DNA from: Escherichia phage PP01
Sequence record: NC_054930.1
Length of the DNA stretch: 64,000 nucleotides
Direction: 5' to 3' (one strand)
Every line of letters begins with the position of its first letter. Positions within the stretch are counted from its first letter, which is position 1. The position numbers were made by a program, and so were the translations under genes. The notes beneath the pieces are model-generated. The model had not been told where the DNA came from. It saw nothing but the letters and a program-made list of their open reading frames with translations, and ran no database searches. Positions 60,976 through 64,000 of this stretch are shown here, in pieces.

Positions 60976-64000
<3,025 letters not shown>

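Overview
This window is a segment of a T4-like (Tequatrovirus-type) myovirus genome, recognised from my recollection of T4 protein sequences, lengths and gene order; no database search was possible. Positions 1-43531 are an early/middle region on the minus strand: genes 46, 47, a-gt, 55, an nrdH-like redoxin, nrdG, nrdD, 49, nrdC, a plastic block of uncharacterised genes, rI, tk, regB, a GrcA/YfiD-like gene, internal-protein genes, e, nudE, an eight-tRNA cluster with segB, then 57B (Acb1-like), 57A, 1, 3, 2 and 4. Positions 43579-64000 are the late baseplate/tail/neck/terminase block on the plus strand (53, 5, 5.1, 5.4, 6-12, wac, 13-17). Genes 46 and 17 run off the window edges and are absent from the ORF track. 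The genome differs from T4 as I remember it: an HNH endonuclease cassette sits between 46 and 47, a GIY-YIG endonuclease sits between nrdG and nrdD, nrdD is uninterrupted, and no denV-like gene was recognised where T4 has one. The most interesting unexplained content is a tandem array of four coiled-coil-tailed proteins, an AAA+ ATPase/nucleotidyltransferase pair, a macrodomain protein beside secreted proteins, four genes carrying an internal-protein capsid-targeting leader (two at unexpected loci and flanked by repeats), and a start-less 133-codon frame. I found no CRISPR array and no transposon or IS element. Coordinates I derived by hand (tRNAs, promoters, hairpins, refined starts) may be off by 1-2 nt.
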